Translations under genes and position numbers: made by a program
Part shown: positions 1 through 8,815 of the stretch, piece by piece
Numbering within the stretch: the stretch's first letter is position 1
Layout of the letters: each line of letters begins with the position of its first letter
Source: an uncultured Bacteroidales bacterium
Lineage (GTDB): Bacteria; Bacteroidota; Bacteroidia; Bacteroidales; CAYRRV01
DNA: 64,000 bases
Assembly (NCBI GenBank): GCA_964426725.1
Contig: CAYRRV010000001.1
Coordinates: 212,538-276,537 of the forward strand
Direction: 5' to 3'
The notes under the pieces: model-generated
Database searches by the model: none
What the model was told of the DNA's origin: nothing
The model's input: the letters and a program-made list of their open reading frames with translations, nothing else

Positions 1-1161
1 ATTTACATCAATCTGGTCTGAAGTAACACCCGGTACGGCAATATCTACGGGGTTATCCACGCCAAGATAAAAAACATTCATCTTGGTTGCAGAAATAGTA
101 AGTGATGGTTCTGATACAGTGTAAGAAGCATGAAACGGTTTTTTTATATCAGCACCTCCATCAGGCGATTTCAGCACGATTAGGCCACCCCAGTTTCTTG
201 GACCCACGGCTGTTGGACTTATATTATAAATACCTTTTCCGCTTTGAATATCAAGGGAATCATAATTTCCGGTCATATGATAGGTATACATGCCAGTTTC
301 TTCATTATAGGTTGAATCATAAGAACCAACATATATTTTGGGTGCCTGGGTTGTATCATAAGCAGCAATAAATACTTTTGCTGAATATGGATTTCCTTTC
401 AATACATAATTTGTATTGGGTATAACAACTGCTTCTAATTGGTTAAATTTAAATGCTCCAGCATCAATGCGCGTGTAAAGATAACGAAGTGCTTCCGTTT
501 CGGCGTTTCGAATATCACTCTGCAGAGATGACATGATTGTAACCACGGCAATAAGCGGCAGATGTTCGAAATGCTCGGATTCCCAAGATGCCGTGTGTCC
601 TTCAACCGGGGGTGGGTTATCGGTATTCAGGCTGGAAGCAATGGATGAACGCACACTTTCTGCATCAGGACTTATCACTTCTTCGAAAAGAAATTCCCTG
701 AAATCCTCAATTGCGGCCCTTAATCCTTTCGCGGCCGCATCATTGTTATCTCCAACCATAATTTGAGCAGGAACATCCGTGTTGTCTTTACCTTGAATTT
801 TCATACCATGCACATCTTTCCCATCAATTGCTTCAGTATCTTCTCCCTCGGATGCTTCAATAATTTGTAATTTTAAATCCTGGATTAGATTAACCAGTTC
901 ATCTGCCTTGGTTTTCACCTCGTAGGCTTTATCTCTCCATTTCTTAGCCTTCTCAGGGTTTTCTGCCACGGCCCGATCAAAATCTTTATAGAGAACCTGA
1001 TTTTTTTCCACGAAGTTTTTTGTGGTTTTCGTGAGACCTTCATCTACCTTGACAAATGCATCAAGCACATCCTTGGATACATTCAGCGCTAACAATGCAG
1101 TAAGCACCAAATACATCATCCCGATCATTTTTTGTCTAGGTGTCTCTTTTCCGTGTCCCAT
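1..1161 (-). CDS. gldM: Gliding motility / T9SS protein GldM (PorM), N-terminal 387 codons; C-terminus lies beyond the window edge
   Basis: Absent from the ORF track because it runs off the edge. My minus-strand translation from the ATG at 1159-1161 reads MGHGKETPRQKMIGMMYLVLTALLALNVSKDVLDAF... and stays open to position 1. It carries the PRQKM..MYLVLTA.LALNVS N-terminal anchor signature of GldM/PorM and sits directly downstream of gldL. Confidence 0.85.
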   Translation of the reverse strand, partial: MGHGKETPRQKMIGMMYLVLTALLALNVSKDVLDAFVKVDEGLTKTTKNFVEKNQVLYKDFDRAVAENPEKAKKWRDKAYEVKTKADELVNLIQDLKLQIIEASEGEDTEAIDGKDVHGMKIQGKDNTDVPAQIMVGDNNDAAAKGLRAAIEDFREFLFEEVISPDAESVRSSIASSLNTDNPPPVEGHTASWESEHFEHLPLIAVVTIMSSLQSDIRNAETEALRYLYTRIDAGAFKFNQLEAVVIPNTNYVLKGNPYSAKVFIAAYDTTQAPKIYVGSYDSTYNEETGMYTYHMTGNYDSLDIQSGKGIYNISPTAVGPRNWGGLIVLKSPDGGADIKKPFHASYTVSEPSLTISATKMNVFYLGVDNPVDIAVPGVTSDQIDVN

Positions 1162-1213
1162 ATGTTAATCAATAGAATAAACTTAACTTTAAAAATTAAT
1201 ACAAAATTGGGTT

Positions 1214-2179
1214 TTATTTTTTTGACACATTCATTGCCGAAAGCATATTACCATAAACCGTGTTCAAAGCGGCTAAATTATCGCTTAATCTTGATATTTC
1301 TTCCTTGTATTTTTGGGTTTCTTCAACAGAATTCTTCAGGTTGTCCATCATTTTATCGAATCCACTGTACAAGCCCTGGGTCCCTTTCAAATGATCATTA
1401 TTTTCTTTTAATTGTAATTCGTAAACAGCATTAAGTGCAGCCAGGTTTTTGTTGAGTGATTCGAGTTGCTCGCCATAATTTTTTCCACCTGAAGATATAT
1501 TATTATAATAGTTACCAATTGATTCAGTGAGTTTCTGATAAGATTCCGTGAGGGTACTACCAGATTTTAATACCTGCTCAGAAATTTCTTCACCGGTACG
1601 GTTAACCAAATCGGCTGTTTTCCTGTAAGAATCATCAAGGGTTGACATTGACTGGCTCAGGTGTTGCGTGTTCTCAGTATATGTGTTTGTAATCGAACCG
1701 AGAGCTTCCGCGGCCTTTTGAAAGTTCATGACATAATTATTCGTGGCAAGAGAAGCGTCCGTAATCTCACTAATTTTAGAGGCAGTTTCGTTCATTTTAT
1801 GTAAACCGTCGCCCAACCGGTTAAAATCATCGGCAGTTATTGCTGATGTATCAACTATCTGGTCGAATCTCTCGAGAACGGCACTTGTTTTACCACTGGT
1901 AATATTTTCCCTGTATGATTCCATATCATCGGGGTCAGTCATTCCGGCTAACTCAGGATATACAAGAGTCCAGTCGAGTTCCTCGTGCAGCGGTTCAAAT
2001 GCTGAAAAGAAAAAGATAACGGCTTCCGTGGTGAGCCCTATGGTTAACATCATTCCTGCCCCGGGCCAGTGCTGAATTTTAAATAATGCACCAACAATCA
2101 CAACAGAAGCGCCAAGTCCATAAAGCTTGGCCATAAAATTTTTCCATCCTGAACTCTGGACTATTTCGGCAACATTCAT
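1214..2179 (-). CDS. gldL: Gliding motility / T9SS protein GldL (PorL)
   Basis: Two N-terminal TM helices (LGASVVIVGALFKIQHW, MMLTIGLTTEAVIFFFSAFEP). The long coiled-coil C-terminal part contains a repeated NLAALNxVY motif. ATG start. Gene order is gldK-gldL-gldM. Confidence 0.85.
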   Translation of the reverse strand: MNVAEIVQSSGWKNFMAKLYGLGASVVIVGALFKIQHWPGAGMMLTIGLTTEAVIFFFSAFEPLHEELDWTLVYPELAGMTDPDDMESYRENITSGKTSAVLERFDQIVDTSAITADDFNRLGDGLHKMNETASKISEITDASLATNNYVMNFQKAAEALGSITNTYTENTQHLSQSMSTLDDSYRKTADLVNRTGEEISEQVLKSGSTLTESYQKLTESIGNYYNNISSGGKNYGEQLESLNKNLAALNAVYELQLKENNDHLKGTQGLYSGFDKMMDNLKNSVEETQKYKEEISRLSDNLAALNTVYGNMLSAMNVSKK

Positions 2180-2206
2180 GGTAAGTTCTTTTTTAAAATA
2201 ATTTTA

Positions 2207-3532
2207 CTATCTACCCAGGTATGAGCGTACACACCTGAATCCAATATAAGATTTAGTACTGTCTTGATAATCATATGTTCTGGTACCGCATTGCAGGTAA
2301 TAGGCAATATCTTTCCAGGATCCGCCTCGAACAACTTTTCTCTTTAATCCTGGAGGATCTTCCGGTTTTGCATTATACTGATAGTTTGGGTTCAGATCAT
2401 GTGAAAAAACATAAGCGGACTCATCGTACGCGTTCGCGGTCCATTCGGCTACATTTCCAGACATATCAAATAAGCCATATTCATTAGGATCGTAAGAGCC
2501 AACACGAATTGAATAAACACCACCATCATCGGCATAGTTCCCGCGTAATGGTTTAAAGTTGGCCAGGAAACAACCCTCGTTATTTCTGGTATATCTTCCA
2601 CCCCATGGATACATGGAAAGATCCAAACCACCACGGGCCGCATATTCCCATTCAGATTCAAGAGGTAACCGGTATTCATGTACAAAAGGTTTCCCTTCTT
2701 TGGCAAGTGCATTATTGAGATATTGTGTTCTCCAGATGGCAAATGCATTAGCCTGTTTCCAGGAAACTCCTACAACAGGGTAGTCATCATAAGAAGGATG
2801 CCAAAAATACAAGGTGGTCATGGGTTCATTATAGGAATAGGAGAAGTCTCTTATCCAACATAATGTATCTGGGTAAACAGGTAATGCTTCCCGGAATACA
2901 AACGCGGAACGGTTCGCTATTTCCACGGTTTCTCCCTGATTATTAGTTACGGTTCCCTCGTATTGCTTGGTTTGATAATCATATCTGTTTTCTGGTTTGG
3001 CAGCTTGTTGCATATCAATCCAATAATACTCGTAAATGAGTTGCCGGGTATCAATTTCCTTTCTGCCCCAGAATCTTTCATTTTGAGGATAGTACATTTC
3101 CTGCAGGATCTCGTTGATTTCTTCATCACGGGTATCGATTCTTGTTTCCCAGTTGATATTGGGAGGATCAATAGGGTTCCCGAATTCATCTTCCGAGATA
3201 ATAAAATCTTCAATTCTCTCTCCAAGCATTCTTCTCATAATGGAATCTCTTACCCAATGAACGAATTGGCGATATTCATTATTTGTAATTTCTGTTTCGT
3301 CCATCCAGAATGGTTCAACTGAAACAGTTCTTGTCATGGTGTTTTGTGCCCAGGATACATCCTGATCACTTGGTCCCATGTTGAAACTACCTTGTGGAAC
3401 AAAAACCATCCCAAAAGGATCTGGCTCGAAAAATTGCTTTCTTTTTTCAACACCGGTAAGCTCACCACCGCTGTAGCTACCGCAACTACTGATGATTAAA
3501 GGAATCGTAAGTAAGCAAATCAGTCTTTTCAT
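2207..3532 (-). CDS. gldK: Gliding motility / T9SS lipoprotein GldK (PorK), FGE-sulfatase (SUMF1-like) fold
   Basis: Lipoprotein signal (LTIPLIISSCGS). SUMF1/FGE-type motifs are present (GNVAEW, RGGSW, GFRCV). It lies between a porP-like gene and gldL, as in known T9SS operons. Confidence 0.9.
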   Translation of the reverse strand: MKRLICLLTIPLIISSCGSYSGGELTGVEKRKQFFEPDPFGMVFVPQGSFNMGPSDQDVSWAQNTMTRTVSVEPFWMDETEITNNEYRQFVHWVRDSIMRRMLGERIEDFIISEDEFGNPIDPPNINWETRIDTRDEEINEILQEMYYPQNERFWGRKEIDTRQLIYEYYWIDMQQAAKPENRYDYQTKQYEGTVTNNQGETVEIANRSAFVFREALPVYPDTLCWIRDFSYSYNEPMTTLYFWHPSYDDYPVVGVSWKQANAFAIWRTQYLNNALAKEGKPFVHEYRLPLESEWEYAARGGLDLSMYPWGGRYTRNNEGCFLANFKPLRGNYADDGGVYSIRVGSYDPNEYGLFDMSGNVAEWTANAYDESAYVFSHDLNPNYQYNAKPEDPPGLKRKVVRGGSWKDIAYYLQCGTRTYDYQDSTKSYIGFRCVRSYLGR

Positions 3533-3611
3533 AACTCTAAAGGTATTATTTTTGCTAATTTATTTTCTAGTTTCTTGTTTTATTAATTTTTTATAAAAAT
3601 ATATATTTTTT

Positions 3612-4577
3612 TTACAAAAATCGTATGCTCTTGTATTTTTGTGGAACCTTTTCTTTTTTAATTGTAAAACAGTACGATAACATTAACTCATGAGAACCCG
3701 TGCTATAATTTATCAATTTTGAAGTTGCAAAATCATAGGAGTATCCTATTCTCAGCCCGTTAAACAATTCTATTCCAAGCATCCCTGTTACCATTGAAGC
3801 GACCCTGTAAGAAACGCCACCCCAAAACCTTTTATTGTACATGAGATTCGTATTTAAGTTAAGGCTGTTAATTTTCCCGTCGGATTGAACGAATAGCGAG
3901 GGTTGAATCTCAAATAATGGATTAGCAAGTTGCATCCTGTATCCTCCCATTACAAAAAAATGAGGTTTCATCTGATAGACACCATTTTGCCTGTATTGAA
4001 TCTCGGGCTGACCAAAATTAAGCACTGACCCTCCCACGTAAAGGTTGTCTGTTTTGTAATATAATCCCATTCCCAAATCAAGTCCTATGCCCGTGTCATC
4101 ATTTTGTGGCACAAGTTCATCTTGTCCCCCGGAAAGTTCGGTATCTGGATAAACCCATTCCATCCCGCTGATCCCGGCATTAATAAATCCTCCCCTGATA
4201 CCAATGCCGAGTCGACCATCTCCTACATTCATCTGGTATGCATAAGTAAGATTCATGGAGAGATTATTGTTATATCCTAATTGATCTGTTAAAATTGTTA
4301 AACCTGCACCACTTGAAACCCCGAATAACCGGAAAGGAGTACTGGCAGAAAAAACAGCCGACTCAGGATTTCCTGCAAATCCAATCATATCTTGCTTAGC
4401 AAGTGCATTCAGGCAAACCATATCACTGCTACCGGCGAACCCGGGGTTAATAGCCATATGATCAAACATAATTTGACTAAAAACAGGAGCTTGCTGTCCT
4501 GAGACAACAGAAAATAAACCAGTTACGATAAAACTGGTCAATAGAGTGAACCTTATTTTTTGTCTGATGCTCTGCAA
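3612..4577 (-). CDS. porP: PorP/SprF family T9SS outer-membrane protein
   Basis: A signal peptide is followed by QQAPVFSQIMFDHMAINPGFAGS, which matches the QQDPQFSQYMFN..NPAYAG family signature. The remainder is beta-barrel-like and ends in IRFL. The ORF-track start is a TTG, with no in-frame ATG before the signal peptide. It is the first gene of the porP-K-L-M operon. Confidence 0.8.
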   Translation of the reverse strand: MQSIRQKIRFTLLTSFIVTGLFSVVSGQQAPVFSQIMFDHMAINPGFAGSSDMVCLNALAKQDMIGFAGNPESAVFSASTPFRLFGVSSGAGLTILTDQLGYNNNLSMNLTYAYQMNVGDGRLGIGIRGGFINAGISGMEWVYPDTELSGGQDELVPQNDDTGIGLDLGMGLYYKTDNLYVGGSVLNFGQPEIQYRQNGVYQMKPHFFVMGGYRMQLANPLFEIQPSLFVQSDGKINSLNLNTNLMYNKRFWGGVSYRVASMVTGMLGIELFNGLRIGYSYDFATSKLINYSTGSHELMLSYCFTIKKEKVPQKYKSIRFL

Positions 4578-4888
4578 GCCTTTTATTATTTGTATTTATA
4601 CGAAAGTAAAATAAGTAAAAATATTATATCTAAACAAATTTTATTAACAGCTTATTGTTAATAATTCATTCTTTTCTATGAACGTTATACTATTTTTTTA
4701 AAATAATGTTCCGTAAAGGGTCAAAAAAAAATAGTTTTTTCACTAATCCCCCGGTAATTTTCGTGTAAACCAATAACGATTATCCCTGTACAAATATTTC
4801 GCGGTTCGATTTATTTTTTCAATTGTTATTTTAACGGGGGCTCCTCTAACTTTTTAATTAAAAAGCGTGATAAGTTAAATAAATACCA

Positions 4889-4980
4889 GTGTCTTGTCAA
4901 TGAAAAAATGAAGGTTGATCTGTGCCATATGTCTTGAATGAATTGACATTCCTTCTGCAATATCCAATGTGACGGCTCAC
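4889..4980 (+). repeat. Copy 1 of a ~92-bp dispersed intergenic repeat
   Basis: GTGTCTTGTCAATGAAAAAATGAAGG...CTGTGCCATATGTCTTGAATGAATTGACATTCCTTCTGCAATATCCAATGTGACGGCTCAC. By hand alignment it matches copy 3 (42134-42225) at 76 of 92 positions without gaps. Confidence 0.85.
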
Positions 4981-4996
4981 GAGGGTACTGGGGATG

Positions 4997-5026
4997 AAAA
5001 AACAGCGGTAGATGAAATACTCTACC
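4997..5026 (-). terminator. Possible rho-independent terminator of the topA / arginase-like operon
   Basis: On the minus strand, hairpin GGTAGA-8 nt-TCTACC (5007-5026) is followed 4 nt later by a T6 run (plus-strand A-run 4997-5002). It lies ~60 nt downstream of the stop at 5084. The stem is only 6 bp. Confidence 0.4.
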
Positions 5027-5083
5027 CGAATTGAGTGATATAAGCAAAGAGAAATATCGTTCAGGTCAGATTTTACTTGTATA

Positions 5084-6256
5084 TTAATTAATCCGCTGGA
5101 AATTTTTCCACCATCTATCGGGGATTTCCTGATTACACGCGTCCTGATAGTCTTTATAGGAGCATGCAATTATTTTGGTCGTGTTTTTTTCAGCAGTTTC
5201 ATTTCCGATCACGGGAATTTCCATCCACCACCGATCACTTTGCAGGCTCTTGTAAAAGATTAAATCATATTCAACTGTATTTAGCTTAATGATGAATTTC
5301 TTGAAACCTTGTCTGGTTAATTCCGGGGATTCATTTTTTCTTGAAGAAAATCCTTGCATGAAATACCAAATGATCTGCGCGGCCAGATGGGATGTAATAT
5401 TATTGATGTCGTACCTGGGATTTACCTCAAAAATCCCGAATGCGGAAATTTTTTCACTTAATCCTGCATAGCGTGCTAATTGACAGATTTCTTCACCATG
5501 AAGGCCATTAGAAGAACTGTTGTAATGGCCCGGGGCATCAGAGTGTCTGATAGCTCCTATATCTATAGAGACAAAACTGGAATCCCTGAGAATGGGCTCT
5601 GCTTCAGTAATATTTTGGCGGAGTTGTCCAATTCGCATATTGTCATACATATGCTTGTCAAGTTCATCAAGATGGGATGAATCCACGAAATATTGTTGAT
5701 AGGCCAGTGAGGTTAGGTTGAAAAGGGAATCATTTTTATTACTGATTAGTTTCCGCAGGAAGTTCAACGAGTGTAAATCGTTTATGGCAGTGTGCATATC
5801 TACACGCGAATCGATTGACACGAGTGAAACATCTGATTTAAGATAAGTAAGTGCCTTAAAAACGGGATAGGATAATTCCTGACTTCCTCCCATTATAATA
5901 GGTATAGTTCCTTTTTGTATTAATTCCTGCAAAACATCTTTTAATCCAAAATATGTATCTTTTGGATGGGTTCCTTGTTTAAGATTTCCAAGGTCAATTA
6001 CTCGTATTTGATTATTGATTTTATTGAGCTGGTAAAGTTTATTTCTTATTGTATCAGGAGCATTCGCGGTACCTATATTATATGTGCCTCTTTCTTCGGG
6101 GACACCCAGGATGCCAATATTGTATCCTGAAGTATCGGGAATGGGTTGATCGGGTGTGTGAACACGGGTAAATTTACAAAAAGCACCGGGCTGTTCAGGA
6201 GTTAATTCTGTTGATTTATCCAGGCTTACCGGATCAAAATATTCATTCAGATCCAT
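5084..6256 (-). CDS. Arginase/formimidoylglutamase (ureohydrolase) family protein with degenerate metal-ligand motifs and a C-terminal extension
   Basis: Ureohydrolase-like layout, but the canonical motifs read GGSQE (for GGDHS), DSRVD (for DAHxD) and SIDIGAIRHSDAP (for SxDxDxxDP). A ~80-aa extra C-terminal region has two RWW motifs. The ATG start lies 2 nt after the topA stop. Confidence 0.65.
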   Translation of the reverse strand: MDLNEYFDPVSLDKSTELTPEQPGAFCKFTRVHTPDQPIPDTSGYNIGILGVPEERGTYNIGTANAPDTIRNKLYQLNKINNQIRVIDLGNLKQGTHPKDTYFGLKDVLQELIQKGTIPIIMGGSQELSYPVFKALTYLKSDVSLVSIDSRVDMHTAINDLHSLNFLRKLISNKNDSLFNLTSLAYQQYFVDSSHLDELDKHMYDNMRIGQLRQNITEAEPILRDSSFVSIDIGAIRHSDAPGHYNSSSNGLHGEEICQLARYAGLSEKISAFGIFEVNPRYDINNITSHLAAQIIWYFMQGFSSRKNESPELTRQGFKKFIIKLNTVEYDLIFYKSLQSDRWWMEIPVIGNETAEKNTTKIIACSYKDYQDACNQEIPDRWWKNFQRIN

Positions 6257-6258
6257 TT

Positions 6259-8574
6259 TTATTTTTTCTTATTTTTTTTCTTGGAACTTTTCTCAATTAT
6301 TTCTTTTACTTCTTCATAGGTAAGTTTTTCAGGATCTTTACCCTTGGGGATCCTATAATTCTCTTTATTATAAGATATATAGGGCCCGTATCTTCCTCTC
6401 AGGATAAATAACTCACCATCATTATTGAATTTTTTAATGATCTTATTTTTTTCTTTTTCTCTTTTTTTCTCAATAAGTTCTATTGCTCTTTCCAGTTCAA
6501 TGGACATAGGATCATCTACGTTTTTCTCCAGGGAAACAAATTTTGAATCGTGACGAACATAAGGACCAAACCTTCCAATGCCTACAACCACTTCTTTATC
6601 CTCGTATTCACCAAGCGAACGGGGTAATTTGAATAACTTGAGAGCTTCTTCAAGTGTAATTGAATCCATCTTTTGGCCTTTCAACAGACCGGCGAATTTT
6701 GGTTTTTCTTCATTCTCGGAGTCACCAAGTTGAACCATTGGTCCATATCTTCCTATCTTAACAGACACGGGTTTTCCTGTTTCGGGGTCATCTCCCAGGT
6801 ATCTTTCACCTTTTGATTTTGCTGAAGTTTCGATTGTTTCCTCCACTTGTTTATGAAAGGGCTTGTAGAACTGGTCGATCATTTTTTGCCAATCGAGCTT
6901 TCCTTCTGCTATTTGATCAAAATCTTTTTCCACACTCGCCGTGAAATTGAAATCCATGATGTTTTTGAAATTTTCCATAAGGAAATCATTCACGACCATG
7001 CCCACGTCTGTAGGGAACATTTTGGCTTTCTCGGTGCCGGTTGTCTCTGTTTTTTGCTGTTCTACTATTTTATCGTTCAATATGGCAAAAACTTTATATT
7101 TCCGTTCTTTTCCCGGTCGGTCTTCTTTAACAACGTATCCACGATGCTGGATGGTTGAAATGGTAGGGGCATAAGTCGAAGGCCTGCCAATACCTAATTC
7201 TTCCAGTTTTTTTACCAGGCTGGCCTCTGTGTATCTTGGCGGGTGATGAGTAAATCTTTCTGTTGCCGAAATATCGTGCCGGATAAGGTTTTCTCCCTTT
7301 TCCAGTGGTGGTAAAAGGCCTTTAGCCTGTTCATCGGTGTCTTCATCGGTTGATTCGATGTAGACCTTCAGAAACCCTTCAAATTTTAGCACTTCTCCAG
7401 TAGCGGTAAATTTTTCGGGGGCTTTTGATATATCGATGGTGACTGTAGTTTTTTCCAACTCGGCATCACTCATTTGAGAGGCAATTGTCCTTTTCCATAT
7501 TAATTCATACAAGCGCTTTTCCTGATATGAACCGCTGATTTCGGCATTTTCCATGTATGTTGGTCTGATAGCTTCATGGGCTTCCTGTGCACCTTTTGCC
7601 TTTGTTTTATATTGTCGGGTTTTAATGTATTTTTCTCCAAATTCTTTATTGATCAAATCCTTGCAGGCATTAACAGCCGAGCTTGCAAGATTTACCGAGT
7701 CGGTTCGCATGTATGTTATTTTTCCGGCTTCATAAAGTTTTTGAGCAATTGACATGGTTTGGGCTACTGAAAAACTTAACTTACGGCTGGCTTCCTGCTG
7801 TAGTGTTGATGTCGTGAAAGGGGGCGCGGGTGATTTTTTTGATGGTTTGGTAACAATGCCACTGATAGTAAACTCCGAGCCAATACATTTTTGAAGGAAA
7901 GCTTTAACTTCTTCAGGTTGTTTAAACCGTTTTGAAAGTTCCGCGGGAAATTCTTTTTTATTTTTTTTAGCGTGGGTAGCCTCGAAGATACCCGTGATAC
8001 GAAAATCCGAGGAAGGTTGAAACTTTTGAATTTCCCGTTCCCGATCAACAATTAATCTTACAGCGACAGATTGCACCCTGCCGGCTGAAAGAGCAGGTTT
8101 AACTTTTTTCCAAAGTACTGGTGAAAGTTCAAAACCAACGAGACGATCAAGAATTCTTCTTGCTTGCTGGGCATCAACTAAATTTCTGTTGATTGACCTG
8201 GGGTTTTTTATCGCTCTTTGAATTGCTTCTTTGGTAATTTCATGGAATACAATCCTCCGGGTATTATCTTCCGAGAGTTTTAATACTTCATAAAGATGCC
8301 ACGCGATTGCTTCTCCTTCACGGTCTTCATCTGAAGCCAACCAAATAGTATCAGCATTTTTAACAAATTTTTTCAATTCGGCGACAATCTTTTTCTTATC
8401 ATCCGCAATAATATAGTCAGGTTTATAGTTTTTATCGAGGTCGATTCCAAGGTTTTTTTTGGAGAGATCCCTGATATGACCATAACTTGATTTAACAAGG
8501 TAGTTTTTTCCCAGGAATTTCTCTATTGTTTTAGCCTTGGCAGGGGATTCCACGATTACTATATTTTCTTCCAT
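6259..8574 (-). CDS. topA: DNA topoisomerase I
   Basis: Toprim N-terminus (IVESPAKAKTIEKFLG, DEDREGE). Catalytic region ITYMRTDS. C-terminal repeats GRYGPM/GRFGPY/GRYGPY, followed by a Lys-rich tail. Confidence 0.95.
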   Translation of the reverse strand: MEENIVIVESPAKAKTIEKFLGKNYLVKSSYGHIRDLSKKNLGIDLDKNYKPDYIIADDKKKIVAELKKFVKNADTIWLASDEDREGEAIAWHLYEVLKLSEDNTRRIVFHEITKEAIQRAIKNPRSINRNLVDAQQARRILDRLVGFELSPVLWKKVKPALSAGRVQSVAVRLIVDREREIQKFQPSSDFRITGIFEATHAKKNKKEFPAELSKRFKQPEEVKAFLQKCIGSEFTISGIVTKPSKKSPAPPFTTSTLQQEASRKLSFSVAQTMSIAQKLYEAGKITYMRTDSVNLASSAVNACKDLINKEFGEKYIKTRQYKTKAKGAQEAHEAIRPTYMENAEISGSYQEKRLYELIWKRTIASQMSDAELEKTTVTIDISKAPEKFTATGEVLKFEGFLKVYIESTDEDTDEQAKGLLPPLEKGENLIRHDISATERFTHHPPRYTEASLVKKLEELGIGRPSTYAPTISTIQHRGYVVKEDRPGKERKYKVFAILNDKIVEQQKTETTGTEKAKMFPTDVGMVVNDFLMENFKNIMDFNFTASVEKDFDQIAEGKLDWQKMIDQFYKPFHKQVEETIETSAKSKGERYLGDDPETGKPVSVKIGRYGPMVQLGDSENEEKPKFAGLLKGQKMDSITLEEALKLFKLPRSLGEYEDKEVVVGIGRFGPYVRHDSKFVSLEKNVDDPMSIELERAIELIEKKREKEKNKIIKKFNNDGELFILRGRYGPYISYNKENYRIPKGKDPEKLTYEEVKEIIEKSSKKKNKKK

Positions 8575-8815
8575 AGGTTAATTCATTAAAATATAAATTT
8601 ATAAATCAATGATCTAATGGAACATATCATCAAAATTTTACCGCCTTCGGCGAGTTCTCCACCGGCTGTCGGATCGATCCGCATAATTATCGTGAAACTT
8701 TTAAGTAAAATTTTAATGAACGTTTCATCAGAAATAAAAACACAAAAGTAAAACAAATAAGAAGCTTTAATCAAAAAATTAAAATAAATAATTACTATTT
8801 TTACCATCAAACTCC

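Noticed and set aside
4826-5169. 73-aa and 90-aa minus-strand ORFs between porP and the arginase-like gene
   Set aside because: They run through repeat copy 1 and the terminator-like hairpin. The corresponding frames are closed in the other repeat copies, so the repeat is not coding.
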